DNA from: Chloroflexota bacterium
Lineage (GTDB): Bacteria; Chloroflexota; UBA11872; VXOZ01
Assembly: GCA_963663275.1 (NCBI GenBank)
Contig: OY760183.1
Location: 288,001-352,000 of the forward strand
Length of the DNA stretch: 64,000 nucleotides
Reading direction: 5' to 3'
Shown: piece by piece, positions 19,762-29,934 of the stretch
How the letters are laid out: each line of letters begins with the position of its first letter
Numbering within the stretch: position 1 is the stretch's first letter
The notes under the pieces: model-generated
What the model saw: only the letters and a program-made list of their open reading frames with translations
Database searches by the model: none
What the model was told of the DNA's origin: nothing
Program-made: the position numbers and the translations under genes

Positions 19762-21641
19762 GAGTCACGCTCCGAATCCGGCGGCGCGGCGTACCAGCGC
19801 GCTTGCAGGCGAAACATCCGGGCGTACACGCCGCCTCGTTTCAGCAGAGCGTCGTGGCCGCCTGCCTCCACGATGCGCCCATGCGCCAGCACGATAATCC
19901 GGTCCGCCAGCCGGGCCGCCCCAAGGCGATGCGAGACCAGGATTGCGGTGCGCCCGGCCGCCACCCGCGTGAACTGGCGGTAGAACGCCACTTCCGCCCG
20001 CGGATCCAAGGCGGCGGTGGGTTCATCCAGGGCCACGATCTGCGCGTCGCGCAGGTAGGCCCGCGCCAGGGCCAGCCGCTGCCACTGGCCGGCGGAAAGC
20101 TCCATGCCGTCCGGCCACTCTTTGCCGAGCAGGGTCCCGTAGCCATTTGGCAGACCGGCGATAAAGCCGTCCGCCCCGCTTTGGGCCGCGGCGGCGGCGA
20201 CGCGCGGGTGCGCTGTTTCAGACGAGAGGCCACCGCGCGCCAGCAAGGCCGCATCGCCGTAGGCGACGTTCTCGAACACCGTCGTGGGATAACGGACGAA
20301 GTCCTGGAAGACCGCCGTGGCTTCGCGCCGCCAGGTTTCCGGGTCAATCGCGGCGAGGTCTTGCCCGTCCGCCGTGATGACCCCGTGGGTAGGCCGGTAG
20401 AGGCCCAGCAGCAAACGCACCAGCGTCGTCTTGCCGGCGCCGTTTTCCCCCACCAGCGCGATGCGCTCGCCGGGCCTGATAGTCAGGTCGATACCGGCAA
20501 GCGCCGGCCGTTTAGTGCCCGGATAGGTGAAGCCGACGTCCTTGAACCGGATGCCCTCGCGCAGGGGCCGCCGCGGCGCCTGTCCGCCTGCCGGCGCGGC
20601 GGCAGTTTCCGCTTCCAGCGCCAGGAAGTCCCGCACGTACTCCGCATACTGGAGGTCGTCGTACAACTGCTGCAGCGCATTGGCCACGCCGTCGGCCAGG
20701 TCGCGGAACCGGGTCAGGCCGTAGAGCAGCGCCACCAAAGCCCCCAGGCTAAGGTTGCCGGCGAGCGCGAGCAGCAAGACGAAGACGATGAGCAACGCGA
20801 CCGCTTCTTGCGCGGCCACGCTTGCCAGCCCCGGCAGCGCCAGCCGGCGCTGGGCCGACACGATGTCCGCCAGAAAGCGCGTGAAGGCCGCGCGGCGGCG
20901 GCGAATCAGGAAGTCGCTGAGACCGGACAACCGCAGTTCGGGCAGAGCCTCGCGGTCGCTGAGCAGGCGCGACCAATAGCCCATCTCGCGCCGCCGGGGC
21001 GAGTTCTGGTACTGCACGTCCAGCAAATTGTGCCAGGCGTAGGACTGCACGACGCCCCGCGCGCCCATTACCGCTACCAACGCCACGCCAATCAGCCAGT
21101 GAGCGCGGAAGTAGAGCGCCATCAGCCCGGCCGCGCCGATCAGCGACGTGACCAGCCACGAGACGTTCTCCAGGAAGTAGCTGAGGTCGCTCCCGTCCTC
21201 TTTGCCGGCCACCTCCAGCTTGGTGTAGTACTCCTCTTGTTCGAAGGCGCTCAGCGGCAGCGCGACGGCTTTTGCGCAGACCATGTGCTGCACGGCGGCG
21301 CCGAGACGCAATCCCGTCAACTTACTCAGATAGTCCCCCAGCGCGCCGTCCAGGCTGCGAACGAGAAAGGCGGCAAGCAGCACGCAGAGCCACGGCAGTA
21401 TCGCCGGCCAGACGTCAGCCGGCTCGCCCAGCGAGCGCTGCCGCAGCGTGTCTATGAGTCCGCTGATCGCCCACACCACCAGCGGCGTGGTGACGCCGGC
21501 GGCAAAGCTCTGCAGCGCCAGCAGCGTCCCGGCCACGGGAACTTCCTTGAAGAGCAGGCCGGTGACGTAGCCGATGGCGCTGGTTGTGGCCCACAGGCGA
21601 GCGGCGGGGCCGCGCAGCCAGGTGAGGTATGCGAGATTCAT
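19758..21641 (-). CDS. ABC exporter, fused permease/ATPase (heterodimer partner)
   Basis: GENGAGKTT, LSAGQWQR, LDEPT. ATGA overlap with the next gene. Confidence 0.93.
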   Translation of the reverse strand: MNLAYLTWLRGPAARLWATTSAIGYVTGLLFKEVPVAGTLLALQSFAAGVTTPLVVWAISGLIDTLRQRSLGEPADVWPAILPWLCVLLAAFLVRSLDGALGDYLSKLTGLRLGAAVQHMVCAKAVALPLSAFEQEEYYTKLEVAGKEDGSDLSYFLENVSWLVTSLIGAAGLMALYFRAHWLIGVALVAVMGARGVVQSYAWHNLLDVQYQNSPRRREMGYWSRLLSDREALPELRLSGLSDFLIRRRRAAFTRFLADIVSAQRRLALPGLASVAAQEAVALLIVFVLLLALAGNLSLGALVALLYGLTRFRDLADGVANALQQLYDDLQYAEYVRDFLALEAETAAAPAGGQAPRRPLREGIRFKDVGFTYPGTKRPALAGIDLTIRPGERIALVGENGAGKTTLVRLLLGLYRPTHGVITADGQDLAAIDPETWRREATAVFQDFVRYPTTVFENVAYGDAALLARGGLSSETAHPRVAAAAAQSGADGFIAGLPNGYGTLLGKEWPDGMELSAGQWQRLALARAYLRDAQIVALDEPTAALDPRAEVAFYRQFTRVAAGRTAILVSHRLGAARLADRIIVLAHGRIVEAGGHDALLKRGGVYARMFRLQARWYAAPPDSERDS

Positions 21642-21655
21642 GAGCGTTCCCGTAG

Positions 21656-21966
21656 GAGACCTTTGCATAACTCTGTCATTCCGGCGAAAGCCGGAATCCA
21701 GAGTGCTTTTACAACTAAAGATAGCATAAAGTCAATCCATTTCACCCCCATCCCAACCTTCCCCCTCAATGGGCTGGCAGGGGTAGGCATTCTACATCCG
21801 ACTTCACGTGTCATTCCGAGCGGAGCGCAGCGGAGAGAGGAATCTAAGGCTTTCGCTGCAAAAACGTCGGTTCTAGATTCCGCGAACCCTGTTCGACGCT
21901 CCGCTCGGAATGACACGTGCCTACCCCTGTCAGCCCTCAATGGGGAAGGGGTTATGCAAAGGTCTG
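21656..21966. mobile_element. Composite MITE copy B
   Basis: TIR GAGACCTTTGCATAAC...GTTATGCAAAGGTCTG with CGTAG direct repeats. Inner MITE 21772-21935 has CTCAATG repeats. Confidence 0.88.
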
Positions 21967-22243
21967 CGTAGGGTTGGTCGTCGTTTGGCAATTGCCGGGC
22001 ACGGACGGGTTGTGTGGCCGCCGGTCGTCTGCCGCCGCCTGTTGCCCGGTTAGCGCCTAGCGATAGCTCTCCTGCCGTGGAGATCTGAATCGCCTACAGG
22101 CCGCACCGGGTGTGCGCGCCTGGCTGAAGAGGAGAACAAGCAGACGTGCCGCGCCGTGCCGCGCGCGGCAGCGGCGATCAGGCAGCGTCAGGGGAGCCTG
22201 CCGCCGGGCTCGCCGCGGATGGAAAGACCGTGAAGAGGCCGTA

Positions 22244-23734
22244 TTACTTGGGGATGATCACGTTGATGCCAATCGTGTGGGAAACCACGCCGTGGGCGTC
22301 CTCGTCGGTGGTCAGCGTGAACTCGCGCGTCTCGCCGGGGAGGAGATTGCTGACCAGGCCGGTGGCCATGCCTTGCACGCCGCCGGCCGCATCCAGCAGA
22401 GCGCCGGCGAGGTCCAGGCTGTAGGGCCGCGCGCCGTTGTTCGTCACCGCCCCGTGCACCACGTGGAGATTGCCTTCCCGTTCGTAGTGGACGCCGCTAA
22501 AGCTGATGGCGCTTTCGTCGCCGGCGTTCACCGCCAGCGTGCCGGTAAAGCGCAATTCCAGGGCCGCGGGCGCGTCGGACGCCGCGCCTGTGTCCGGAAA
22601 CGGATCGTTGGAAAGCAGGCGCACCGCGCGGATAACACCCGGCGGCAGCGCGGCCGTGTTGCCGGTCGCCTGGCCGATTTCAGCGCCGTCCGCGGCGAAC
22701 GCCAGCGTCACCACGCCGGTCGAAAGCGCCGTGTTGCCGTCGTTGCGCAGGCGCAGGTAGACGCGGAGATTGCCGTGGGGCGAGGCGACGACGGTGGCCG
22801 GCCCCACGATAGCCAACCGATCGGCAAGGCCGCCGGCGCTGATGCGCGTGACGTCAATGCCCGACGGCGCGTCCGGCAGGGTCTGCGGCGGCGGTTGTTC
22901 ACCGTCGGCGGGCAGTGTCGCGTGGGGCGGGTCCAGCGCGCTCAAGATGGCGTCGGCGGCGTCCAGCGGGGTCGCGGCCGCCCGTGGAATCAGCCCGGCC
23001 TCCTTGGCAATGTCGCCGCCCAGCACCAGCGTCACGTCGCCGGCGTTCGCCCACGGCACCTTGACGTTCCAGTATTGCAAGGCCACGCGCTGGGCGCGCA
23101 TGACCACCATCGGCCCGAAGTCCTGAATGGCCAGCGGCAGGCCGGCGTGTTGCAGCCAGTTGGGATCGGCCAGGAAGCGCGCTTTCAGGGCGGCCCGCGC
23201 CGCGCCCAGTTCCGGCGTATCGCCGGGCTGCGGCTCGAAGACGCGCCTGAGGTGGTTCCGCACCGTGCCTTCCCAGTCGTTGATCGGATCGTCGTCCGAC
23301 CAATCGAAACTATGGGGAATCTGGCGATAGGCGGCCAGCCAGTCGTCATAGCCGGCGGCGGAGAGCATGTCGAACGTGTTGGCGATGTTCACGCTCTGCG
23401 AGCCCGGGTTCCACTGCAAGAGGGCTTTCTGCGTGGCCTGGTAGACGAAACCGTCCAGGATGAAGCGGCTGGAAACCGGATACCCCAGCGCCGAGACGCC
23501 GCCCAGCCGCAGGAAGCCCTGCCAGAAGCCGATGCCGTCATAGTCCGTAATGGCGTAGCCCCGGCCGGTGCCGCCGCCGGTCTGGGTATAGTACCAGCCG
23601 CCGGGCACCACGTAGTCGTCCGCGGTGTCTTCGTGGTCCAGGTGCGCCAGCGCCGGGGCGGCCGCGGCCAGCCACACCAGCATGGCGAGGATAAGGCTGC
23701 TAACCAGGCGCGTTGGCCGTGAATGCGTCACCAT
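22244..23734 (-). CDS. Secreted/surface protein with C-terminal FxLYD-like Ig domains
   Basis: Signal peptide (AAAPALA), LGGVSALGYPVS repeat-like domain, NLLPGETREF. Confidence 0.7.
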   Translation of the reverse strand: MVTHSRPTRLVSSLILAMLVWLAAAAPALAHLDHEDTADDYVVPGGWYYTQTGGGTGRGYAITDYDGIGFWQGFLRLGGVSALGYPVSSRFILDGFVYQATQKALLQWNPGSQSVNIANTFDMLSAAGYDDWLAAYRQIPHSFDWSDDDPINDWEGTVRNHLRRVFEPQPGDTPELGAARAALKARFLADPNWLQHAGLPLAIQDFGPMVVMRAQRVALQYWNVKVPWANAGDVTLVLGGDIAKEAGLIPRAAATPLDAADAILSALDPPHATLPADGEQPPPQTLPDAPSGIDVTRISAGGLADRLAIVGPATVVASPHGNLRVYLRLRNDGNTALSTGVVTLAFAADGAEIGQATGNTAALPPGVIRAVRLLSNDPFPDTGAASDAPAALELRFTGTLAVNAGDESAISFSGVHYEREGNLHVVHGAVTNNGARPYSLDLAGALLDAAGGVQGMATGLVSNLLPGETREFTLTTDEDAHGVVSHTIGINVIIPK

Positions 23735-23916
23735 GTTTCATCGCCCTGAATTTGGTACATTGGTTAATGGTCGTATGCTCTATGCTAGCGAAAACTGTGC
23801 GCGGCGGCAATGAAGTGTGCTACGCTCAGTGGGTTGAACGGCGGCACGCCCGTGACCGTAGAGGCCGCCTTATCCCCAAGACCGCATAGCCTGAAACACC
23901 CACCGACGGAGGATAC

Positions 23917-24633
23917 ATGAGCCGCGTACCGCGAGCGTGGCTGAAACCGCTCGACGACGACTACAAAGCCAAGCCGCTGCCCGAGCGCAAGCGCCGTCCC
24001 TGGCGCGAGACCGCCTGGGGCCGCGCCGCGATGGTCCCCATTCGCCGCCTCGACCCCTACGTGCGCTGGGAGGAACTGCTGGAGCGCATGGTGCACGGCG
24101 TGATGCTGAACACCGACGTCTTCAAAGACGTGCACGAGGACGAGTCGGGAAACCTGCAAGCGATGGCTGTGGTGCTGATCGTCGCCGTCGTGCAGAACAT
24201 CAGCCTGTTCCTGATCGGCCTCTTCTGGTTCGGCTTCTTTGGCTCCGTGGGCTACGTGGCCCGGGCCATGAGCGACGCCTTGATTTCGTGGGTAATCTGG
24301 CTGGTGGTGGCCTACGCGCTCTGCAAGGTGCTCTTCCGCAGCCGCGCGGGCTTCATGCAACTCTTTCGCACCCTGGCCTTTGCCTACGCGCCCGCGATCT
24401 TCCTCTTCTTCCAGGTAATCCCGCTGTACGGCGTGACGCTGGCCGCGCTCACGTATTTGGCCTTGATCGAATACGGCGTGCTGGCGCTGCGCCCGGCGCT
24501 GAACGGCTCCATCGCCAAGGCGCTGCTGGCCAGTTTCGTCGGCTGGACCGGCCTGCTGGTCGTGAGCTTGATCCTGAGCGAGAGCCAACTCTTCAGCCTG
24601 ATCCAGGAGTGGCTGGCCGAACAACTGGCGTGA
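23917..24633 (+). CDS. YIP1-family membrane protein
   Basis: Multiple TM helices, QLFRTLAFAYAP; GGAGG RBS. Confidence 0.75.
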   Translation: MSRVPRAWLKPLDDDYKAKPLPERKRRPWRETAWGRAAMVPIRRLDPYVRWEELLERMVHGVMLNTDVFKDVHEDESGNLQAMAVVLIVAVVQNISLFLIGLFWFGFFGSVGYVARAMSDALISWVIWLVVAYALCKVLFRSRAGFMQLFRTLAFAYAPAIFLFFQVIPLYGVTLAALTYLALIEYGVLALRPALNGSIAKALLASFVGWTGLLVVSLILSESQLFSLIQEWLAEQLA

Positions 24634-24818
24634 ACTGAATGACAGGATGAACGGAGATCCGTCATTCCGGCGGAAGCCGGAATCCAGGGTGTGCGCGGGT
24701 AAGATGGATTCCGGCTTCCGCCGGAATGACGGTTGGAAAAGTCCGCCGCCGCACCTATGCAAAGGCGCCGAAATGACGGTCAAGCAACCTGCCGCCACAC
24801 CTATGAAAGGCCGCCGCC

Positions 24819-25223
24819 ATGAGCCGTGAAGACAGCGAGACTCACGTGAACATCGTGGCCTGGCTGCACATTGGCCTGAGCATTGTGGGTTTCTGCGTCG
24901 CGGCGCTGGTCTTCCTGTTCTTCGTGGTCGTCGGGTTCGGGTTGCTCCTGGCCGCCGGGGACGAACCGGCGTCCCTGGGCATCATAGCGGTAATTGGCAC
25001 GGTGGTCGGCGGGTTTCTCTTTCTGCTGTCGGTCCCGGGGCTGGCGGACGGCATCGGCTTGCTGAAGCGGCAGGACTGGGCGCGCCTGCTGGTGATCATC
25101 ATCAGCGTGCTCCACCTCTTCAACGTGCCCGTCGGCACCGCCGTGGGCGTCTACTCGCTTTGGGCGCTTACCCGCCAGGAAACCGCGGCCCTCTTCAGCA
25201 AGCGCAGCGACCGGCAGGCGTAG
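24819..25223 (+). CDS. Small membrane protein
   Basis: GLLKRQDWAR...PVGTAVGVY; hydrophobic helices. Confidence 0.8.
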   Translation: MSREDSETHVNIVAWLHIGLSIVGFCVAALVFLFFVVVGFGLLLAAGDEPASLGIIAVIGTVVGGFLFLLSVPGLADGIGLLKRQDWARLLVIIISVLHLFNVPVGTAVGVYSLWALTRQETAALFSKRSDRQA

Positions 25224-25282
25224 CGCGCCGCGTCCCGGCAACGCCCGCCACAGTCAGACCACAGCCGACCAAGGAGGCAACC

Positions 25283-26341
25283 ATGAGCGTCAGTTCCCGT
25301 CCGTACGTCGATCCCGTAGAAGGACTCATCGCCCGCGCCCAGGCGACCGCCGCGCCCCCGAACCTGCCGTCCGACGCCGCCGGCTGGCCCGCCTGGCGCG
25401 AGCGCACGCTGATACAGGTGCGGGAGATGCTCGGCCCGTATCCCGCTCCCGTTCCGCTCAACGTGGAGGTGGTCGAACGCCACGACGAGGGCACGTACGT
25501 CCGCGAGAAGATACTCTACGACAGCGAGGCCTTTGCCACCGTGCCCGCCTGGCTGCTCACGCCCAAGGACATCGCCGCCGGCGAGCGGCGTCCCGCCATT
25601 CTCTGCGCCCACGGCCACGGCCGCGGCAAGGACGACGCCGCGGGCGTGCTGCCGCCTGAAGACGATCCCAGCTATGAAGCGCAGGCGGCGCGAAAGTCCG
25701 GCGTCGATTACGCCCATCAGCTTGCCGAGCGCGGCTACGTCTGCCTGGCCCCGGACTGGCGCGGCTTCGGCGAGCGCATGGGCCCTGAGGAGTGGCGGCG
25801 CAGTTCGCGCGACGGCTGCAACGCGCTCTACCTGGGCTACGGCTACCTGGGATTCCAGTTGCTCGCCCTGGACGTATGGGACGGCATGAGGGGCATCGAC
25901 CTGCTCCAGGACCTGCCGTGCGTGGATCCGGACCGCATCGGCATGATCGGCCTCTCGTTCGGCGGCACGATGACCACGTATCTCTCGGCCCTGGACGAGC
26001 GCGTCCGCTGCGCCGACATCGTCTGCTACCTCAGCACAATCGAGGACGCCATCGGCCACCGGGGACGGGGCAACACCTGCGGCTCGCAGTTCGCCCGGGG
26101 CCTGTTGACCTTCGGCGACGTCGCGTCCGTGGCCGGGCTGATCGCGCCGCGCCCGTGCCTGGTGGAAGTGGGCGAACTGGACGATTGCTTCGTGAAGGAC
26201 GACGCGCTGCGCTGCTACGCCGGCGTGGAACGCATCTACGCCGCGGCCGGCGCTCCCGACAGGCTCGACCTGGACCTGCACCCGGGCGGCCACGCCTTCA
26301 GCGGCGCGAAAGCGTTCGATTGGTTCGCCCGCTGGCTGTAA
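25283..26341 (+). CDS. Alpha/beta hydrolase (dienelactone hydrolase/acetylxylan esterase-like)
   Basis: HGHG, GLSFGG nucleophile elbow, GGH. AAGGAGG RBS. Confidence 0.9.
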   Translation: MSVSSRPYVDPVEGLIARAQATAAPPNLPSDAAGWPAWRERTLIQVREMLGPYPAPVPLNVEVVERHDEGTYVREKILYDSEAFATVPAWLLTPKDIAAGERRPAILCAHGHGRGKDDAAGVLPPEDDPSYEAQAARKSGVDYAHQLAERGYVCLAPDWRGFGERMGPEEWRRSSRDGCNALYLGYGYLGFQLLALDVWDGMRGIDLLQDLPCVDPDRIGMIGLSFGGTMTTYLSALDERVRCADIVCYLSTIEDAIGHRGRGNTCGSQFARGLLTFGDVASVAGLIAPRPCLVEVGELDDCFVKDDALRCYAGVERIYAAAGAPDRLDLDLHPGGHAFSGAKAFDWFARWL

Positions 26342-26683
26342 AGGCCTGTGTGCGCTCGTTGTGTCTGCACCCGGGGACGTTCGCCCTGAGCCTGCGTACG
26401 CTCGTTGCGTCTGCACCCGGGACGTTCGCCCTGAGCCTGTCGAAGGGTGAACGGAAGCGCCGCGCGTTGGCGCGTAGCCGTTCATGCTTCGACAGGCTCA
26501 GCACGAACGGTATTGCAAAACCCCCTACGTAAGCAAATACCCCTACGTAGGCAGACTCCCCCACGCAGGCAGGCCCTCCAAAGGAGGCAGACTCCCCAAA
26601 GCAGATCGTAGACAGATACCAAGCGGGGAGCGCATTGCCGCGCAAGCGCAGGCGGAACTCAGGAATGCTGCTCCGCCGCGTGG

Positions 26684-27982
26684 TCAAGGGCCGGCCGCGC
26701 CGTTGCGGTGGACCGGCGCTTGCGTTTCCGCCAGCCGTTCCAGCAGCGCCGCGCCGCTGGCGCCGGCGTCGTACCCTTGCAGTTCTTGCCCCAGGGCCGC
26801 GGCCCGCGCGCGCAACTCCGTGGAAGCGAGCGCCGCCTCGATTGCCGCGCGCAACTCCGCGGCGGTGGCTTTCCACGGGTCAACATCCGTGCCGGCGCCG
26901 AGCCAGCGAATGCGCTGCGCGTTGGCCGGCTGGTCGTCCGTGAAGGGCACGACCAGCGCGGGCTTGCCGTTCAGCAGCGTGCCCAGCGCGGTGCCCAGGC
27001 CGCCGTGATGCACGACTAGCTGCGCTTTGGGGATGATGAGGCTGTTCGGCACGTAGCGTTCTACCCGCACGTTGTCCGGCGGCGTGGGCAAAGCGGTAAC
27101 TTCGTCGCCCGTGGTCACCACCACGTCGGCGTCCAGGCCCCGCGCTGCCTCGAAGAGCGTGCCGAAGAATGACGTTTGATAGATGCTCTGCACGGTGCCG
27201 ATGGTGGCGTAGACGAGCGGACGAGCGCCCGGCAGGTCGTCCAGCCAGTCCGGCGCCTCGTAATCGTGGGGCACGTCCCACAGCGCGGGGCCGACGAAGT
27301 GCACCGTCGGCTCCCAGGATTCCCGGGGATACTCGAACTCCCACGGCGCCAGCGCCAGCACCAGGTACGGCGAAATGGTGCTATTGCGGTAGCTGTCGCG
27401 TATCGGCGGCAGGTCGAATTCGGCGCGAATCGCGTTGAACCGGTCGTCGTGCCGCCGGCCTGCCCAGCGGACTACCCGGTGCAACAGCGGCAAGGCCATG
27501 CGCACCAACGGATTGGGAGGATAGGCCAGCGGCAACCCCATGGGATACGCATCCTTGCCTTCCAGGAACCCGGGTAGCACGGTCGTGGTAGCCCAGGGCA
27601 GTCCGCTCATCTCCGCCACAATGCTCGCGGGATACGTGTACGAGTCGAAGACGAGCGCGTCCGGTTTGAAAGACTCGATGGCGTCCAGCACTTTGCGGCT
27701 GGAGTCCGCCACAAACGGATACAGGATCTCGTTGACCATGAAGTCCATGCGGCGCAAACCGCGCAACCGGCCCAACTCCGGCCACCACTCGTAGGCTACC
27801 TCAGCCGTCACGCGCGGCCCTACCGGAAAGAACCGCGAAACGAGCGGCGCAATCACGTCACTCATGGCCGGACCGGAAGCGTAGCCCACGGTGTGCCCGC
27901 GCGCCGTCAGCGCCTGCACGATGGGGAGCGTGGGGTGGACGTGTCCGGCAGCGGGGAGCGCGGCGAAGAGGAAGCGCGGCAT
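26684..27982 (-). CDS. GT1 (MGT/UDP) glycosyltransferase
   Basis: GHVHP, HHGGLGT, DQPANA. Confidence 0.92.
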   Translation of the reverse strand: MPRFLFAALPAAGHVHPTLPIVQALTARGHTVGYASGPAMSDVIAPLVSRFFPVGPRVTAEVAYEWWPELGRLRGLRRMDFMVNEILYPFVADSSRKVLDAIESFKPDALVFDSYTYPASIVAEMSGLPWATTTVLPGFLEGKDAYPMGLPLAYPPNPLVRMALPLLHRVVRWAGRRHDDRFNAIRAEFDLPPIRDSYRNSTISPYLVLALAPWEFEYPRESWEPTVHFVGPALWDVPHDYEAPDWLDDLPGARPLVYATIGTVQSIYQTSFFGTLFEAARGLDADVVVTTGDEVTALPTPPDNVRVERYVPNSLIIPKAQLVVHHGGLGTALGTLLNGKPALVVPFTDDQPANAQRIRWLGAGTDVDPWKATAAELRAAIEAALASTELRARAAALGQELQGYDAGASGAALLERLAETQAPVHRNGAAGP

Positions 27983-28131
27983 ATGCTATCATTCCCAGCA
28001 CGGGTTAGGGTGATCTGCGCTCTCCGTTGCGCGATGAGTCCGCCACGGCCACGGGGCAAGACAGTCATAGTTCTCATAGTAGCAGAGGAGAGGCGGCAGG
28101 AGTCGCCGGTTTCCCCATTTCCACGCCGCCG

Positions 28132-28439
28132 GCGGCCTTCGCATTGCTCCGTCATTCCGGCTCTCGCCGGAATCCAGACCGCGCTTACAACTAAACATAG
28201 CATGAAGTCAAGCCATTTCACGCCCATCCCAACCTTCCCACTCGATGGGCTGACAGGGGTATGTATGTGTCATTCCGAGTGGAGCGGAGCGCAGCGAGGA
28301 ATCTAGAGATGCTGGATTTGCGGTACCCTGCCCTAGATTCCTCACTCCGCTGCGCTCCGTTCGGAATGACACGTGAGGTCGATCATAGAATACATACCCC
28401 TGTCAGCCCTCGATAGGGAAAGGGTTCTGCAAAGGTCTC
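28132..28439. mobile_element. Composite MITE copy C (inner 28248-28408)
   Basis: Same architecture; inner flanks CTCGATG/CTCGATA. Confidence 0.8.
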
Positions 28440-28512
28440 AACCGGTAGTTTCTGTGTCTGGCCGCGGGTGCCGGTATTGCGCCAACGAACGCCCGCGGCC
28501 GCGGTGGATGAT

Positions 28513-29865
28513 GTGAAACGCACACCTCTTGAAGACAGCGCCGGCCGCGGGCAAGAGCGGCTTGCCGGCTGCCGGGCCGTGGTGATGGGACTGGGCCTGC
28601 ACGGCGGCGGCGTGGGCGTTGTCCAATACCTGGCGGCGCGGGGCGCGGCGGTGACCGTGACCGACCTGCGGGACCCGGCTACCCTGGCCCCGTCCCTGGC
28701 CGCGCTGGAGGGCCTGCCGTTGCGCTACGTGCTGGGCCGCCACGAGGAGCGGGATTTCCAAAGCGCCGATCTGGTGGTGCGCAATCCCGCCGTGCCGCTG
28801 GATTCGCCCTACCTGGCCCTGGCTCAAGAATCCGGCGCCCGCGTCGAGATGGAGAGCAGCCTCTTCATAGAGGCGTGTCCCAGTGCGTTTGTGGCGGGTG
28901 TAACCGGCACCAAGGGCAAGACCACCACCACGGTGCTGCTCTCCCAAATGCTGGCCGCCGCCGGCCACCACGTCATCACCGCCGGCAACCTGCGCGTCTC
29001 CATGCTGAGCCAACTTGGTGACATAACGGCGGAAACCCGCGTGGCGCTGGAGCTCTCCAGTTGGCAGTTGGAAGCCTTCGCCCCCCACGAATACAGTCCG
29101 CCGCTGGCCGTGGTGACCAACGTGCTGCCCGACCACCTGAACCGCTACGCCGGCATGGACGACTACGCCGCCGCCAAAGAGATCAACGTGCGCTACCAAC
29201 GCGCCGATGGCGTGGCGGTGCTGAACGAGGGCAACGCCTACACCCGCGCCATGGGCGGGCGCGCGCCGGGCCGGGTGGTGTGGTTCGGCGCGCGAGACGC
29301 GCTGCCGGGAGAAGCGGACGCTCCGCCGCGCGGCGTCCACCAGCGGGAGAATCTGGCCGCCGCGGCCGCGGCGGCGCGCGTGTGGGGCGCGGACGACGCG
29401 GCGATCGCCTCGGTGATGCGGGACTTTCGCGGCGTTCCCCACCGGCAGGAACTGGTGCGGACGTGGCGCGGCATCCGCTTCGTCAACGACACTACCGCCA
29501 CCATGCCCACGGCCACGATAGCGTGCCTGGAAACCATCCCCGGCCCCCACGTGCTCCTGCTGGGCGGCGCGGACAAACGCCTGGACTTTACCGCTCTGGC
29601 CCACGCGCTGCGCGACCGCCAGGACGACATTCGCGGCATCGTGCTCTTGGAAGGCAGCGCCACGGACCGCCTGGCGGCGGCGTTGCCCCGGCCCGCCGCC
29701 GACCGTTATGACAATCTGGAACGCGCCCTGGAACAGGCCGCCGCCCTGGCCCGCCCCGGCGACGCGGTCATCCTCTCCCCCGGCTGCGCCTCCTTCGGCA
29801 TGTTCCAACACGAGTTCGAACGCGGCGACGCCTTCCGCAAGTGGGTCGAGGCATTGCCTGAGTGA
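28513..29865 (+). CDS. murD: UDP-N-acetylmuramoyl-L-alanine--D-glutamate ligase
   Basis: GVTGTKGKTTT, ELSSWQL, PDHLNRY, PHRQE, NDTTAT, LSPGCASFGMF. Start is uncertain (28468 or 28513). Confidence 0.92.
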   Translation: MKRTPLEDSAGRGQERLAGCRAVVMGLGLHGGGVGVVQYLAARGAAVTVTDLRDPATLAPSLAALEGLPLRYVLGRHEERDFQSADLVVRNPAVPLDSPYLALAQESGARVEMESSLFIEACPSAFVAGVTGTKGKTTTTVLLSQMLAAAGHHVITAGNLRVSMLSQLGDITAETRVALELSSWQLEAFAPHEYSPPLAVVTNVLPDHLNRYAGMDDYAAAKEINVRYQRADGVAVLNEGNAYTRAMGGRAPGRVVWFGARDALPGEADAPPRGVHQRENLAAAAAAARVWGADDAAIASVMRDFRGVPHRQELVRTWRGIRFVNDTTATMPTATIACLETIPGPHVLLLGGADKRLDFTALAHALRDRQDDIRGIVLLEGSATDRLAAALPRPAADRYDNLERALEQAAALARPGDAVILSPGCASFGMFQHEFERGDAFRKWVEALPE

Positions 29866-29934
29866 CTGCTTGCATCCGAACTTTCAGTTAGGTCATAGTG
29901 AATTCAAGAGAGCGCATTTAGGAGGGCTAACACT

